A stretch of DNA of 64,000 nucleotides from assembly GCA_964626635.1 (NCBI GenBank), contig CAZVFY010000003.1, positions 7,449 through 71,448 of the forward strand, in the 5' to 3' direction. The notes under the pieces are model-generated. The model made no database searches. It had not been told where the DNA came from and saw only the letters and a program-made list of their open reading frames with translations. This DNA comes from an uncultured Candidatus Saccharibacteria bacterium (GTDB lineage Bacteria > Patescibacteriota > Minisyncoccia > Phycocordibacterales > UBA918). The translations under genes and the position numbers were made by a program. Shown here in pieces: positions 9,245 through 17,174 of this stretch. The number at the start of each line of letters is the position of its first letter. Position 1 is the stretch's first letter.

Positions 9245-9304
9245 AACGAAAATCAGCAAGCTATAGCTTGCTGATTTTTGGTTAGGGAGTGAGATACTCG
9301 AACT
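9242..9304 (+). repeat. Family-A repeat, copy 2 (CAACGAAAATCAGCAAGC TATA GCTTGCTGATTTTTGGTTAGGGAGTGAGATACTCGAACTT)
   Basis: 18-20 bp imperfect hairpin with a bulge. Abuts B copy 1. Confidence 0.7.
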
Positions 9305-9386
9305 TTTCTTGTATATCGTGCTTTTATGTGGCATTGTTGCTGTCGAACGGACACCCTGTCCACCCAGTACATAAAGGATCATTCAC

Positions 9387-9818
9387 ATGCAACCAACCTT
9401 TTATCAGGTTCACGCACCACAGCACATGATGCACTGCTTTGCCATTCGTCGCGCTGTGTTCATTGAAGAACAAGGCGTCGACGAAGAGCTAGAGATCGAC
9501 GGCGAAGACCCAAACTGTGTCCACTTCCTCGGGGAGTTGAACGGACAACCGATCGCCACCCTGCGAATCAAAACTATCGGACCGACAGTGAAGATCCAAC
9601 GAGTGGCTGTTCTCAAAGACTACCGAGATGGATACGGCGTTGGTCGCGGCATCATGGAAGCGGCTCTGAACTGGGCACGCGATAGCGGCTACGAACAAGC
9701 TATCCTCGGCGCACAAGTCACAGTCATCGGCTTCTACGAGAAACTCGGCTTCGTTACCTACGGCGACCAGTATGAGGAAGCTTACATCATGCACCAAGAC
9801 ATGAGTTTGGAACTCTGA
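9387..9818 (+). CDS. ElaA-like GNAT acetyltransferase
   Basis: RRAVFIEEQGVDEELEIDGEDPNCVHFLG and LGAQVTVIGFYEKLGFVTYGDQYEEAYIMH closely mirror the E. coli ElaA motifs. Confidence 0.7.
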   Translation: MQPTFYQVHAPQHMMHCFAIRRAVFIEEQGVDEELEIDGEDPNCVHFLGELNGQPIATLRIKTIGPTVKIQRVAVLKDYRDGYGVGRGIMEAALNWARDSGYEQAILGAQVTVIGFYEKLGFVTYGDQYEEAYIMHQDMSLEL

Positions 9819-10129
9819 TGAGCAAAGCAACTATTCGTATTTCGCTCAAAACGATTGCGATGCGTTTCCCTGCTGGCAGTATCGAACGCGTGTATCTACA
9901 TGGTACGTGGCAGATGGAGCGTGGGCGCAACCCGTCTATGCTCTATGGAAATCACCACTCGGCACGTGTGGCGTATGCTGCTGCCAAAGCCATGCTCGGA
10001 TCATACTTTGATGAGATCAGGCGACAGCATTATGCTCGTCAAGATTTCTTCTGGAGTGATCAGATGATCGTCGATGTGACGAACCGAGTTCCCGTCCGTG
10101 AGCTACGACTCATGGACAAGTATCGCTAG
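9818..10129 (+). CDS. Hypothetical 103-aa protein, translationally coupled to the GNAT (ATGA overlap)
   Basis: Start overlaps the GNAT stop. Followed by a terminator. Confidence 0.4.
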   Translation: MSKATIRISLKTIAMRFPAGSIERVYLHGTWQMERGRNPSMLYGNHHSARVAYAAAKAMLGSYFDEIRRQHYARQDFFWSDQMIVDVTNRVPVRELRLMDKYR

Positions 10130-10160
10130 GCCGCCTTCCCTACGGGGTGGGCGGTTTTCA
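10129..10160 (+). terminator. Intrinsic terminator (GCCGCCTTCCC tac GGGGTGGGCGG + TTTTCATTT)
   Basis: GC-rich stem plus T-tract. Confidence 0.5.
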
Positions 10161-10219
10161 TTTATTTAATCACCACTTCCTCCAACAGCGCGGTTCTAAT
10201 GTTATCCAGTTCCCTCCGC
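10161..10219 (+). repeat. Family-B element, copy 2
   Basis: TTTATTTAATCACCACTTCCTCCAACAGCGCGGTTCTAATGTTATCCAGTTCCCTCCGC. Confidence 0.65.
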
Positions 10220-10261
10220 ATCATCGTGCTAGCACGAGACACCTCGTGATAACATGAATTT

Positions 10262-10654
10262 ATGAAATACACACTAGTCTTCCTAGGCATTCTGTGTTTG
10301 GTGGCAGTAGCTTCATTTGTTAATGGTGGTGTATACAATCTACATGCTGGAAATGTTGCTTATCCAGAAGGATTTAAACCTGTTTACAAAATATGTAATG
10401 GATTGACGATTGTTGTAGGAGATCCTATTGCACACCACTACGACTTACCCGTTAATGGTATTTGTTTTGGATCGATAGTCGATAGACCAGAACTCACATC
10501 CGAACAGAAGAAAAAGATTAATGGTCCCCAGGTTTTTTACATGATATCTTCAAACGAGTTGGATGACCATGATTATAGATGTAAAACAGATCCCCTCTAT
10601 GATCCTGCAGATCCGTGTGAGTATAGTTTTGAAGGTGTTCAAGTCGATATTTAG
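10262..10654 (+). CDS. Small secreted Cys-containing protein (130 aa, N-terminal signal peptide)
   Basis: MKYTLVFLGILCLVAVASFVNG signal. AT-rich. Confidence 0.45.
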   Translation: MKYTLVFLGILCLVAVASFVNGGVYNLHAGNVAYPEGFKPVYKICNGLTIVVGDPIAHHYDLPVNGICFGSIVDRPELTSEQKKKINGPQVFYMISSNELDDHDYRCKTDPLYDPADPCEYSFEGVQVDI

Positions 10655-10894
10655 CGCATTTGAGATAATCAACATAAAAGTTTTTTGTTGTATCTTACAG
10701 AAAATATAGAGCTCGAGACAGTATCGAATTGATTTTAAAAATAGTACTGAATCAGACAAGCCAAGCTTGGTATCACACAGTTCTAACTCGAGACAGCCCG
10801 CCAAGTCCAGCTAGCACGACATATCACGTGCAAAGCAATTGGATAATAAAAAGAAAAGCTTTAGATTACAGAGAATGTGTACGAAACCTGTTTA

Positions 10895-11245
10895 TTAGAA
10901 GTATCCCCCGGCTATAAATATCAAGGAGGTTACTACAATTAAAATGCTTACTATCAGTGTTAACTTTTCGATGATTGACCAGTTATTTTTTCGCAAAGTA
11001 GAAATTATAAAAGCCAGAGATAGAAAAAACGAAAAACCGAATGTGAGAATAAGATATGGCATGGCAAAAAACCAAGCAATACTCTCAATCTGAAGCACCC
11101 AAGCGAAGTAATACCAAGTACCAAAAGGAACTCCCAGTTGTAGTAGCAGAATCAACCAGGCGGGTAATTTTGATTTCACAATACATATTATACACATTTG
11201 CTTACGAATTTTGGTTTGCGAGACAGCGTTAAGCAGTGAATTCAA
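10895..11245 (-). CDS. Small integral membrane protein (116 aa, 3-4 TM)
   Basis: Hydrophobic segments throughout. Confidence 0.4.
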   Translation of the reverse strand: MNSLLNAVSQTKIRKQMCIICIVKSKLPAWLILLLQLGVPFGTWYYFAWVLQIESIAWFFAMPYLILTFGFSFFLSLAFIISTLRKNNWSIIEKLTLIVSILIVVTSLIFIAGGYF

Positions 11246-11372
11246 AAAACATTAATAAATGTTTTTTGTTCACTTGAAAACTTGCGCTCGAGACGCTACG
11301 ATAGACTACTTGGGAATTAAGAGATTCGGTCAAGCAGGGCTTGGCTGCCCACGGTTCTAGCCCGAGACGGCC

Positions 11373-11435
11373 AGCAACGAAAATCAGCAAGTAATAGCTT
11401 GCTGATTTTGATTAAGGAGTGGGACGCTCGAACTT
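11373..11435 (+). repeat. Family-A repeat, copy 3 (CAACGAAAATCAGCAAG TAATA GCTTGCTGATTTTGATTAAGGAGTGGGACGCTCGAACTT)
   Basis: Same architecture as copies 1 and 2. Confidence 0.7.
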
Positions 11436-11516
11436 CGCCTTGCACCAACAGTATATTTCCTGCATAGTGCTTTTGGTACCTGTACCACTTTGAAACCTAA
11501 GTAGGAGACTGTCACA

Positions 11517-12080
11517 ATGGAGACGGCAAAAGCTGTCGGCGACGGTAAGCTGACTGATGACGAACTTGGAACAATGACTCGGCGTCTGATGGAAATAGTT
11601 CGCCGAATCAACGAGGGGTCCCTTGATAAGCGAAAAACGCTTACAGCGTTCCAGATGCTGATTGAGGGCAAGGCTGGACAGATGACTGAGCCGTGTCCGC
11701 GAAAGCACCGCTCAGAAAGTCGTCCATTCAAGATGCTCCCGATAGCTGAGCGTCGCAAATCAACCGCTCCTTTGAGAATGCGTACAGAGCAGTATCTCAA
11801 GCGACTGTACTACCACTACAAGTTGTTTCTCTTCACAGATCAATACTGGGGAGAAAAACGTCTGAATGCAGAAGATATTTTTGCCTTGATGTGGGAAGCA
11901 GAAAATATTCCTGACCAGTGCATAAACCACGGTTGGACACCGGTGCAAAGTATTCTCGGTGATTTTTATGCTAGCGAGCATGATCGAGCGATCGTCGCAT
12001 CGACGCTGCAGTGGCTCGGGACAAACTCCGGCAAGGAGTACCTTCGTAGAATGATTGCGACCGCTGACATCGACGTGTGA
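11517..12080 (+). CDS. Hypothetical 187-aa protein
   Basis: GGAG RBS. Flanked by A copy 3 and terminator + B copy 3. Confidence 0.45.
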   Translation: METAKAVGDGKLTDDELGTMTRRLMEIVRRINEGSLDKRKTLTAFQMLIEGKAGQMTEPCPRKHRSESRPFKMLPIAERRKSTAPLRMRTEQYLKRLYYHYKLFLFTDQYWGEKRLNAEDIFALMWEAENIPDQCINHGWTPVQSILGDFYASEHDRAIVASTLQWLGTNSGKEYLRRMIATADIDV

Positions 12081-12084
12081 CACC

Positions 12085-12120
12085 GGGGCGCCCGCTTAGT
12101 GTGGGCGCCCCTTCTTATTT
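12085..12120 (+). terminator. Intrinsic terminator (GGGGCGCCC ... GGGCGCCCC + TTCTTATTT)
   Basis: Perfect 9-bp GC stem. Confidence 0.6.
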
Positions 12121-12173
12121 AAATGCTTACTTCCTCTACCAAAGCGGTTCTAACGTCGTCTAGGTACCTCCGC
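12114..12173 (+). repeat. Family-B element, copy 3
   Basis: TTATTTAAATGCTTACTTCCTCTACCAAAGCGGTTCTAACGTCGTCTAGGTACCTCCGC. Confidence 0.65.
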
Positions 12174-12437
12174 GAGCTAGAAAACAAACATGCAAGTGTT
12201 TGTTTTTGTTTGCGAGCGCGAGGGAGAGGGATGAGAAAAAAGCGAAGTCTATCGCCCAGAGCGGAGCGAGGACGGTACGAGCGTCGGGGTCGCGTCGCAC
12301 AGTATTTGAGGTAACAAAAATACTGCTGCAAAGGCGGCCGAATCCCTCTCCCTCCGCAAAACGATATTCGTCCGCGTAAACGGACTTCTGTTTTGCAGAC
12401 TGCACGATCCAGGTTCACCATTTGCTATTATATAGCC

Positions 12438-12746
12438 ATGAATTCATTCACCGTCCTTACACCCGAAGAGATTACAACTCGACTGGCCGCCCATCCCGAA
12501 TGGTCAATACAAGAACAGAGACTCGTGGCGATATTTACCTTTAAGGATTTCAAGCAAGCCTTTGCGTTTATCAGCATGGTGGCGCTGTACGCCGAGCAGC
12601 ACGATCACCACCCTGAATGGAGTAACACATACAACAAAGTATCGTTTCAACTTTCGACCCATGACGCGGGGAACAAAATTACTACCCTAGATACCGACGC
12701 AGCGCTATACATCAGCCAAGCCGCTGCGCGGTTGAAACGGCAGTGA
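12438..12746 (+). CDS. Pterin-4a-carbinolamine dehydratase (PCD/DCoH)
   Basis: EQHDHHPEWSNTYNKV signature ([ED]xHHP). 102 aa from ATG 12438. Confidence 0.75.
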   Translation: MNSFTVLTPEEITTRLAAHPEWSIQEQRLVAIFTFKDFKQAFAFISMVALYAEQHDHHPEWSNTYNKVSFQLSTHDAGNKITTLDTDAALYISQAAARLKRQ

Positions 12747-12856
12747 GGTAATGGTGCCGTTACAGCCGCGACACGGGCAATTTCCTTCAGAAGCAGGCAT
12801 AAGAGGTAAGATCGTTAATTAATTGCGAGACTAGTATACCGCATCACTATTAACGG

Positions 12857-12895
12857 AAACACAAACAGCAACACGGTGGTGTTGCTGTTTGTGTC
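12857..12895. terminator. Bidirectional terminator between PCD (+) and rpsT (-)
   Basis: Perfect 16-bp inverted repeat AAACACAAACAGCAACAC cggt GTGTTGCTGTTTGTGT. Confidence 0.6.
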
Positions 12896-12908
12896 TGACT
12901 AGTCCCAG

Positions 12909-13175
12909 TTACGCTTTTGCTTTCCCCACTCGTACGGCGAGGCGAGACTTCTTGCGCGCAGCGGTATTTTCTTTGATGATGCCCCGCTTGGCCGCTTTGT
13001 CGATGGCTTTGTACGCAGTTGGTACGAGCGCTTCGGCCGTGGCTGCGTCACCAGCAGAGAGAGATTTATCAATTTTTTTAGTGACGTCTTTGAGGGCGCT
13101 TTTGCGGCGGATATTAAATACTTTTCGGCGCTCGGACTGCGCGTGCGCTTTTTTGGCGTTTTTAGTGATTGGCAT
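12909..13175 (-). CDS. rpsT: 30S ribosomal protein S20
   Basis: MPITKNAKKAHAQSERRKVFN ... typical S20 sequence. 88 aa. Confidence 0.85.
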   Translation of the reverse strand: MPITKNAKKAHAQSERRKVFNIRRKSALKDVTKKIDKSLSAGDAATAEALVPTAYKAIDKAAKRGIIKENTAARKKSRLAVRVGKAKA

Positions 13176-13280
13176 ACGAATTAGTGAGCACTACTGTACC
13201 GTAGAGCGACGTATTACGCAAGTGCCTACCAGTCTGTCACCGTACTGTGTCATCGATTAGTAGGTTATACTGAGCACACT

Positions 13281-13844
13281 ATGATTGGTGTACTCCAAGG
13301 CGAAGTGTACGCAGTCGGCGAAGGCCACATTACCCTAATGTGTCATGGGGTTGGCTACGACATAGCTGTTGCTGACCCAGGCGCGTACGTGACCGGTGTT
13401 ACTATCACGCTGCACACCTATTTGGCCGTTAGGGAAACCGCTCTAGATCTCTATGGCTTTGCCGGCGAACGCGATAAACAGCTGTTTGCCTTACTACTGA
13501 GCGTTCCAAAGATCGGTCCAAAATCAGCGCTCCAAGTCATGACCCAGGCCAGCACGCCATTGCTCGTTGAATGTATCCAAACCGAAAACCCCGGTAAACT
13601 CTACAAAATGTCTGGCGTTGGCAAGAAAACCAGTGAGAACATCGTCAATGCGTTACAAGGTAAGGTGGAAGCGTTTGGTGTTATGGCTGATGCAACTGAA
13701 CAGTCTCGCCTCACCACAGAGCAAATGGACGTGTTCGATGCGCTCATCGCGCTCGGGTTCACTCCCGAAGAGGCGCGTGAGCGAGCGAGTACCCATACTT
13801 CAGTAGACAATATCTCAGATTCAATCAAAGCCGCTTTATCTTAA
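13281..13844 (+). CDS. ruvA: Holliday junction branch migration complex subunit RuvA
   Basis: MIGVLQGEV... N-terminal OB domain, HhH region, C-terminal domain III. Confidence 0.85.
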   Translation: MIGVLQGEVYAVGEGHITLMCHGVGYDIAVADPGAYVTGVTITLHTYLAVRETALDLYGFAGERDKQLFALLLSVPKIGPKSALQVMTQASTPLLVECIQTENPGKLYKMSGVGKKTSENIVNALQGKVEAFGVMADATEQSRLTTEQMDVFDALIALGFTPEEARERASTHTSVDNISDSIKAALS

Positions 13845-13897
13845 ACACCGTCAGAATATGTCACCCGCTGTGGGTACAGAGAAAGGGATAATATGGA

Positions 13898-16800
13898 CTA
13901 TAATTCCTGAAGCTCTGGTACCACTTCAATTCGGCCCGTGTATGTGAGTGGAGTACTAAGTGGTTGTCCAAAAGCTTCTGTACAGCGGATTTGAAATTCT
14001 GAGGTGCGTTCAACAGTAATCGGCAGAGTGCCAGTGTGAGGATTCATGCCAAGTGGATTGGTTCCGCCTAAAATAGTAATTGTTTGGGGACTAATTCCTG
14101 GCGCAATCAGTTCACACCTCATATCGTAGTTCACGTTTATAGACCACTCAATATCAAATGTATTACCTGACCGCAGTATCGTCGCGGGCACCGTATTTGT
14201 TGCAGCCGTGTTAATGACCTTAGATGCAGACGTACTAGTCGAATTTAATGTATTGAGCGTAATGTGTGGAGTTGGTAGGGGTATTGTGATGGATTGATTA
14301 AAGGCATTGTTGGTGTAACCGGCTCCCTGTTCCGGGTAGCGCTCCGTTACTGCGGGGTCTGGATCAGTGTCATAGTTAAGTTCACCACTGAGTGTGTAAC
14401 TACCGAATTGAAGGGCGGTGATATTTTCGTCAAAAAATGGAACGGCGTCATTGGCAATCATTGTTGCTGGCAGTGATTCCGAAAATGTGTCAGGTACGCC
14501 GCCATCCGGGAACGACATATTGAATAAACCGTCGTCTGCTACTAACGATATTTGGTATGGCATTCTGGTATTAGCTGGCAAAGCAACAGCCGCCTCGTTA
14601 TGTACTCTTGCCACTACTCTGACATCCGACGTTCCGTTCACATTGTCCACACCATCATCACTTCTGGTAACATCATCGTTTGTTGGTAATAGATACCCAC
14701 TGTTTACAAACAGATCAACTAACGGTACGCACACTGCTGTAGTGAAAGGCACGGCGGCATCACGAGCACCAGGGAAAGCGTCTGTCAATCTACCCACCAG
14801 GACAGGTGGCATTTGTGTATGCTGCGCATATAACGGATCGGTCGGCAATATGGCCGCACCAGTGGCGTCCAAACGACAATTACCTGGTGTAATTGAGATT
14901 CCGTCCGCCAGTACAACATCCGGCACCACCGGTGGTACCGGCGTGGTAGCAATAAAGGAAACTAGCGAGTCTTCGAGATTAACGTTACCCCCTGGTATTC
15001 TTTGCATACACTCAACGGTAAACTCTGTTTGGCCAGTATCCGCCCGATTGAGGGCTTGATAAAAACCAAACCTCGCTTTGACACCCTGTAGCGTGTGCCG
15101 GTCAAACCATCCGTACGTACTTCCTCCTTTAGGGTCAGCATTAAATCTGTAGCAACGCACCGCGTTACTTGAAACCCATAATAGATTATGGCTTGGTTGC
15201 GCCGTATCGTCGACCGTTGCAATCGGAGCTCCACTGTCAAGTGCGCCAAAGAATACTTGTGCAAAATTACATTCATCGCCATTATTCACTTGGCAGCTGA
15301 TAGTGATCGTATCACCATCAGTAAGGCTCACCCCACTGGCTAATTTGGCTGGATCAAACGTATCACGATCACAAGTATCAGACCCGCTCCAATTATTATC
15401 TGCTGTATAAGTGCTCATATGCCCACCAGAAGTGGTAATGGTGTACTGCGCGACCCCGTCGATTTCATCGCAAATCAAAAGATGAATGTCATATAGGTCT
15501 GTAAATCCACTGCCGTATGGATGCGTAAATGTGAAAGTAATACCACCCTCGCTCTCCCCGCTCGTAACCCGGATCACATCATCTATTCTGTCATAGGCAG
15601 TTTGTGAGACACGGTCACGACTGGTTGCCAGTGCCCACAAGTCTGCAGATTCAATAACAAATGATGGCCCCCCGTAAATATTAGTCTGCACTGGCTGGAG
15701 GACTTCGACCGTTTCATTAATGACGAAATCTGCCTCGGCTTGTACGGTCGCGACTGCCTGTTGAGCTGGCGTGCCATTTTGGTATAAAATGTTATTGCAA
15801 ACAACGAACAGCCGGCTAGATTCTGACCGGGCAGAAGTAAGCAGTTGCGACAACGCTGTATGCATATGTGTTCGAATTACCGTCCACGATGGGTCAATTA
15901 TATAATCAGCTGACGTCGATAATGCACCCGGGGATAGTGTTCGGTATTTATACCAGCAGGCGTTTACGAACGTAGCATTTAGCTGTGCATCGAACAAGAC
16001 GTGTGTGTTTCTCGGGATTTTCGCTTGCTCTTGGTAGGCTGGTGTAAGACTAAGCGTTGGAGTTGTGGTTGACGTAGGAGTCAGCGGTAATGGTATGTAC
16101 CCATCTGGATCTACCACATCAACTCGAAACACATGGTTCACGCTGTCACCAGCGTAAGTGATCCCATTAAATACACGTTCATCCCTTTCGCAACGTATTG
16201 TAAAAATAGTTGATTCAGTAAGTTCTATATACATGGATCGCACCGGTGAATCATCTCGAGCATCATCAAACCCTAAAGGAAGCGTTTTCTCTGTAGTTGG
16301 ATAATCAACAATGTTATATGCTTTAAAGTCTGTACAACGATCGGCATTATTAGCTAAAAAAGCAAAATTCACATTTGCAATATGGGTAGCCGCATCACGA
16401 ACAACTGTGTGTGGATTGGCGGTAGGAGCCGTTTGGGTAAACATAATTGGCGAATCAATTGTCGGATCAGTCACCAAAATATCAATGGTGGCAGTGGTTT
16501 CCGCGCCGGTAATACCATTTCGACAAGTGATTGAATATCGGCTTGATTCCGTGGGGTTAGCTTGGAAATCCCCCTGTTCATCATTCCGGTCGCTCACCGA
16601 CATTCCGTTGCGGACGCTATCATACGCGCTTGCAGAAATTGGGGTTGGACTACCCGGCGTCATCAGCGACTCTCTAGTTACGTCGGAACAAGTTGCGGCA
16701 TAAATTGCTTGCCATGCTATCCCTACCCCATCAACTGGGGGAAGGGTGTTGTTGGCACTTCCATAAATGATACTGAAATCAACAATTGGATTCAACGAGT

Positions 16801-17170
16801 GAGTTGTCGAATCTGCGGGCGTGAGAATTGTGCCATTCGCAGCCGTAACCGTGCAGCTCAAGTCGACATTCTTCTGAATTGTTGGAGCGGGTAGATCGCT
16901 AGCGGTACCAGTGGTCAGGCCACCGGACGTAGCAAACGTAGCCAGCACAGCTGCCTCACCCTGAAAGGTAATATTACACGTGGCAGTACTATCGATCGGT
17001 ATGTCCACCTCCCAATCAGCACTAAAAGTGGTGCCGCCCACAATCTCTGTCGGGTTTGGAATATCAATGAGCACCGAGCTGCTGGCTAGTACGGGGGCCG
17101 CTGAATAAAGAAAAATGGCTGACGCAATTGCTGCAACATAGTTGAATTTAGTAAGGCTATCTTTTATCAT
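13898..17170 (-). CDS. Giant secreted surface protein (about 1090 aa, Thr/Ser-rich, Ig-like repeats)
   Basis: Signal peptide MIKDSLTKFNYVAAIASAIFLYSAAPVLA if started at ATG 17170. An upstream ATG at 17245 is possible. Confidence 0.6.
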   Translation of the reverse strand: MIKDSLTKFNYVAAIASAIFLYSAAPVLASSSVLIDIPNPTEIVGGTTFSADWEVDIPIDSTATCNITFQGEAAVLATFATSGGLTTGTASDLPAPTIQKNVDLSCTVTAANGTILTPADSTTHSLNPIVDFSIIYGSANNTLPPVDGVGIAWQAIYAATCSDVTRESLMTPGSPTPISASAYDSVRNGMSVSDRNDEQGDFQANPTESSRYSITCRNGITGAETTATIDILVTDPTIDSPIMFTQTAPTANPHTVVRDAATHIANVNFAFLANNADRCTDFKAYNIVDYPTTEKTLPLGFDDARDDSPVRSMYIELTESTIFTIRCERDERVFNGITYAGDSVNHVFRVDVVDPDGYIPLPLTPTSTTTPTLSLTPAYQEQAKIPRNTHVLFDAQLNATFVNACWYKYRTLSPGALSTSADYIIDPSWTVIRTHMHTALSQLLTSARSESSRLFVVCNNILYQNGTPAQQAVATVQAEADFVINETVEVLQPVQTNIYGGPSFVIESADLWALATSRDRVSQTAYDRIDDVIRVTSGESEGGITFTFTHPYGSGFTDLYDIHLLICDEIDGVAQYTITTSGGHMSTYTADNNWSGSDTCDRDTFDPAKLASGVSLTDGDTITISCQVNNGDECNFAQVFFGALDSGAPIATVDDTAQPSHNLLWVSSNAVRCYRFNADPKGGSTYGWFDRHTLQGVKARFGFYQALNRADTGQTEFTVECMQRIPGGNVNLEDSLVSFIATTPVPPVVPDVVLADGISITPGNCRLDATGAAILPTDPLYAQHTQMPPVLVGRLTDAFPGARDAAVPFTTAVCVPLVDLFVNSGYLLPTNDDVTRSDDGVDNVNGTSDVRVVARVHNEAAVALPANTRMPYQISLVADDGLFNMSFPDGGVPDTFSESLPATMIANDAVPFFDENITALQFGSYTLSGELNYDTDPDPAVTERYPEQGAGYTNNAFNQSITIPLPTPHITLNTLNSTSTSASKVINTAATNTVPATILRSGNTFDIEWSINVNYDMRCELIAPGISPQTITILGGTNPLGMNPHTGTLPITVERTSEFQIRCTEAFGQPLSTPLTYTGRIEVVPELQEL

Positions 17171-17174
17171 ACCG

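Noticed and set aside
9186-9304. Canonical class 1-3 style integron attC site
   Set aside because: The R' core deviates (GTTAGGG, and GATTAAGG in copy 3). The R''-to-stem spacer is much longer than in attC sites. Some B copies lack an A partner. No intI is present. I retain it only as a partial-resemblance hypothesis in the findings.
7876-11435. Possible CRISPR array suggested by recurring palindromic repeats
   Set aside because: The repeats are of two different kinds, irregularly spaced (1.0-2.1 kb apart), and separate full-length genes rather than short spacers. No cas genes are present.
12123-12314. 63-aa Arg-rich ORF and two antisense ORFs (12119..12421, 12160..12405)
   Set aside because: They overlap the B repeat and the GC-rich inverted-repeat region. 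Arg-rich translations in all frames indicate non-coding GC-rich DNA.
14294-16894. Multiple 60-213-aa ORFs on the plus strand
   Set aside because: They are antisense to the giant surface-protein gene, with Thr/Ser/Gly-rich mirror translations and no RBS.
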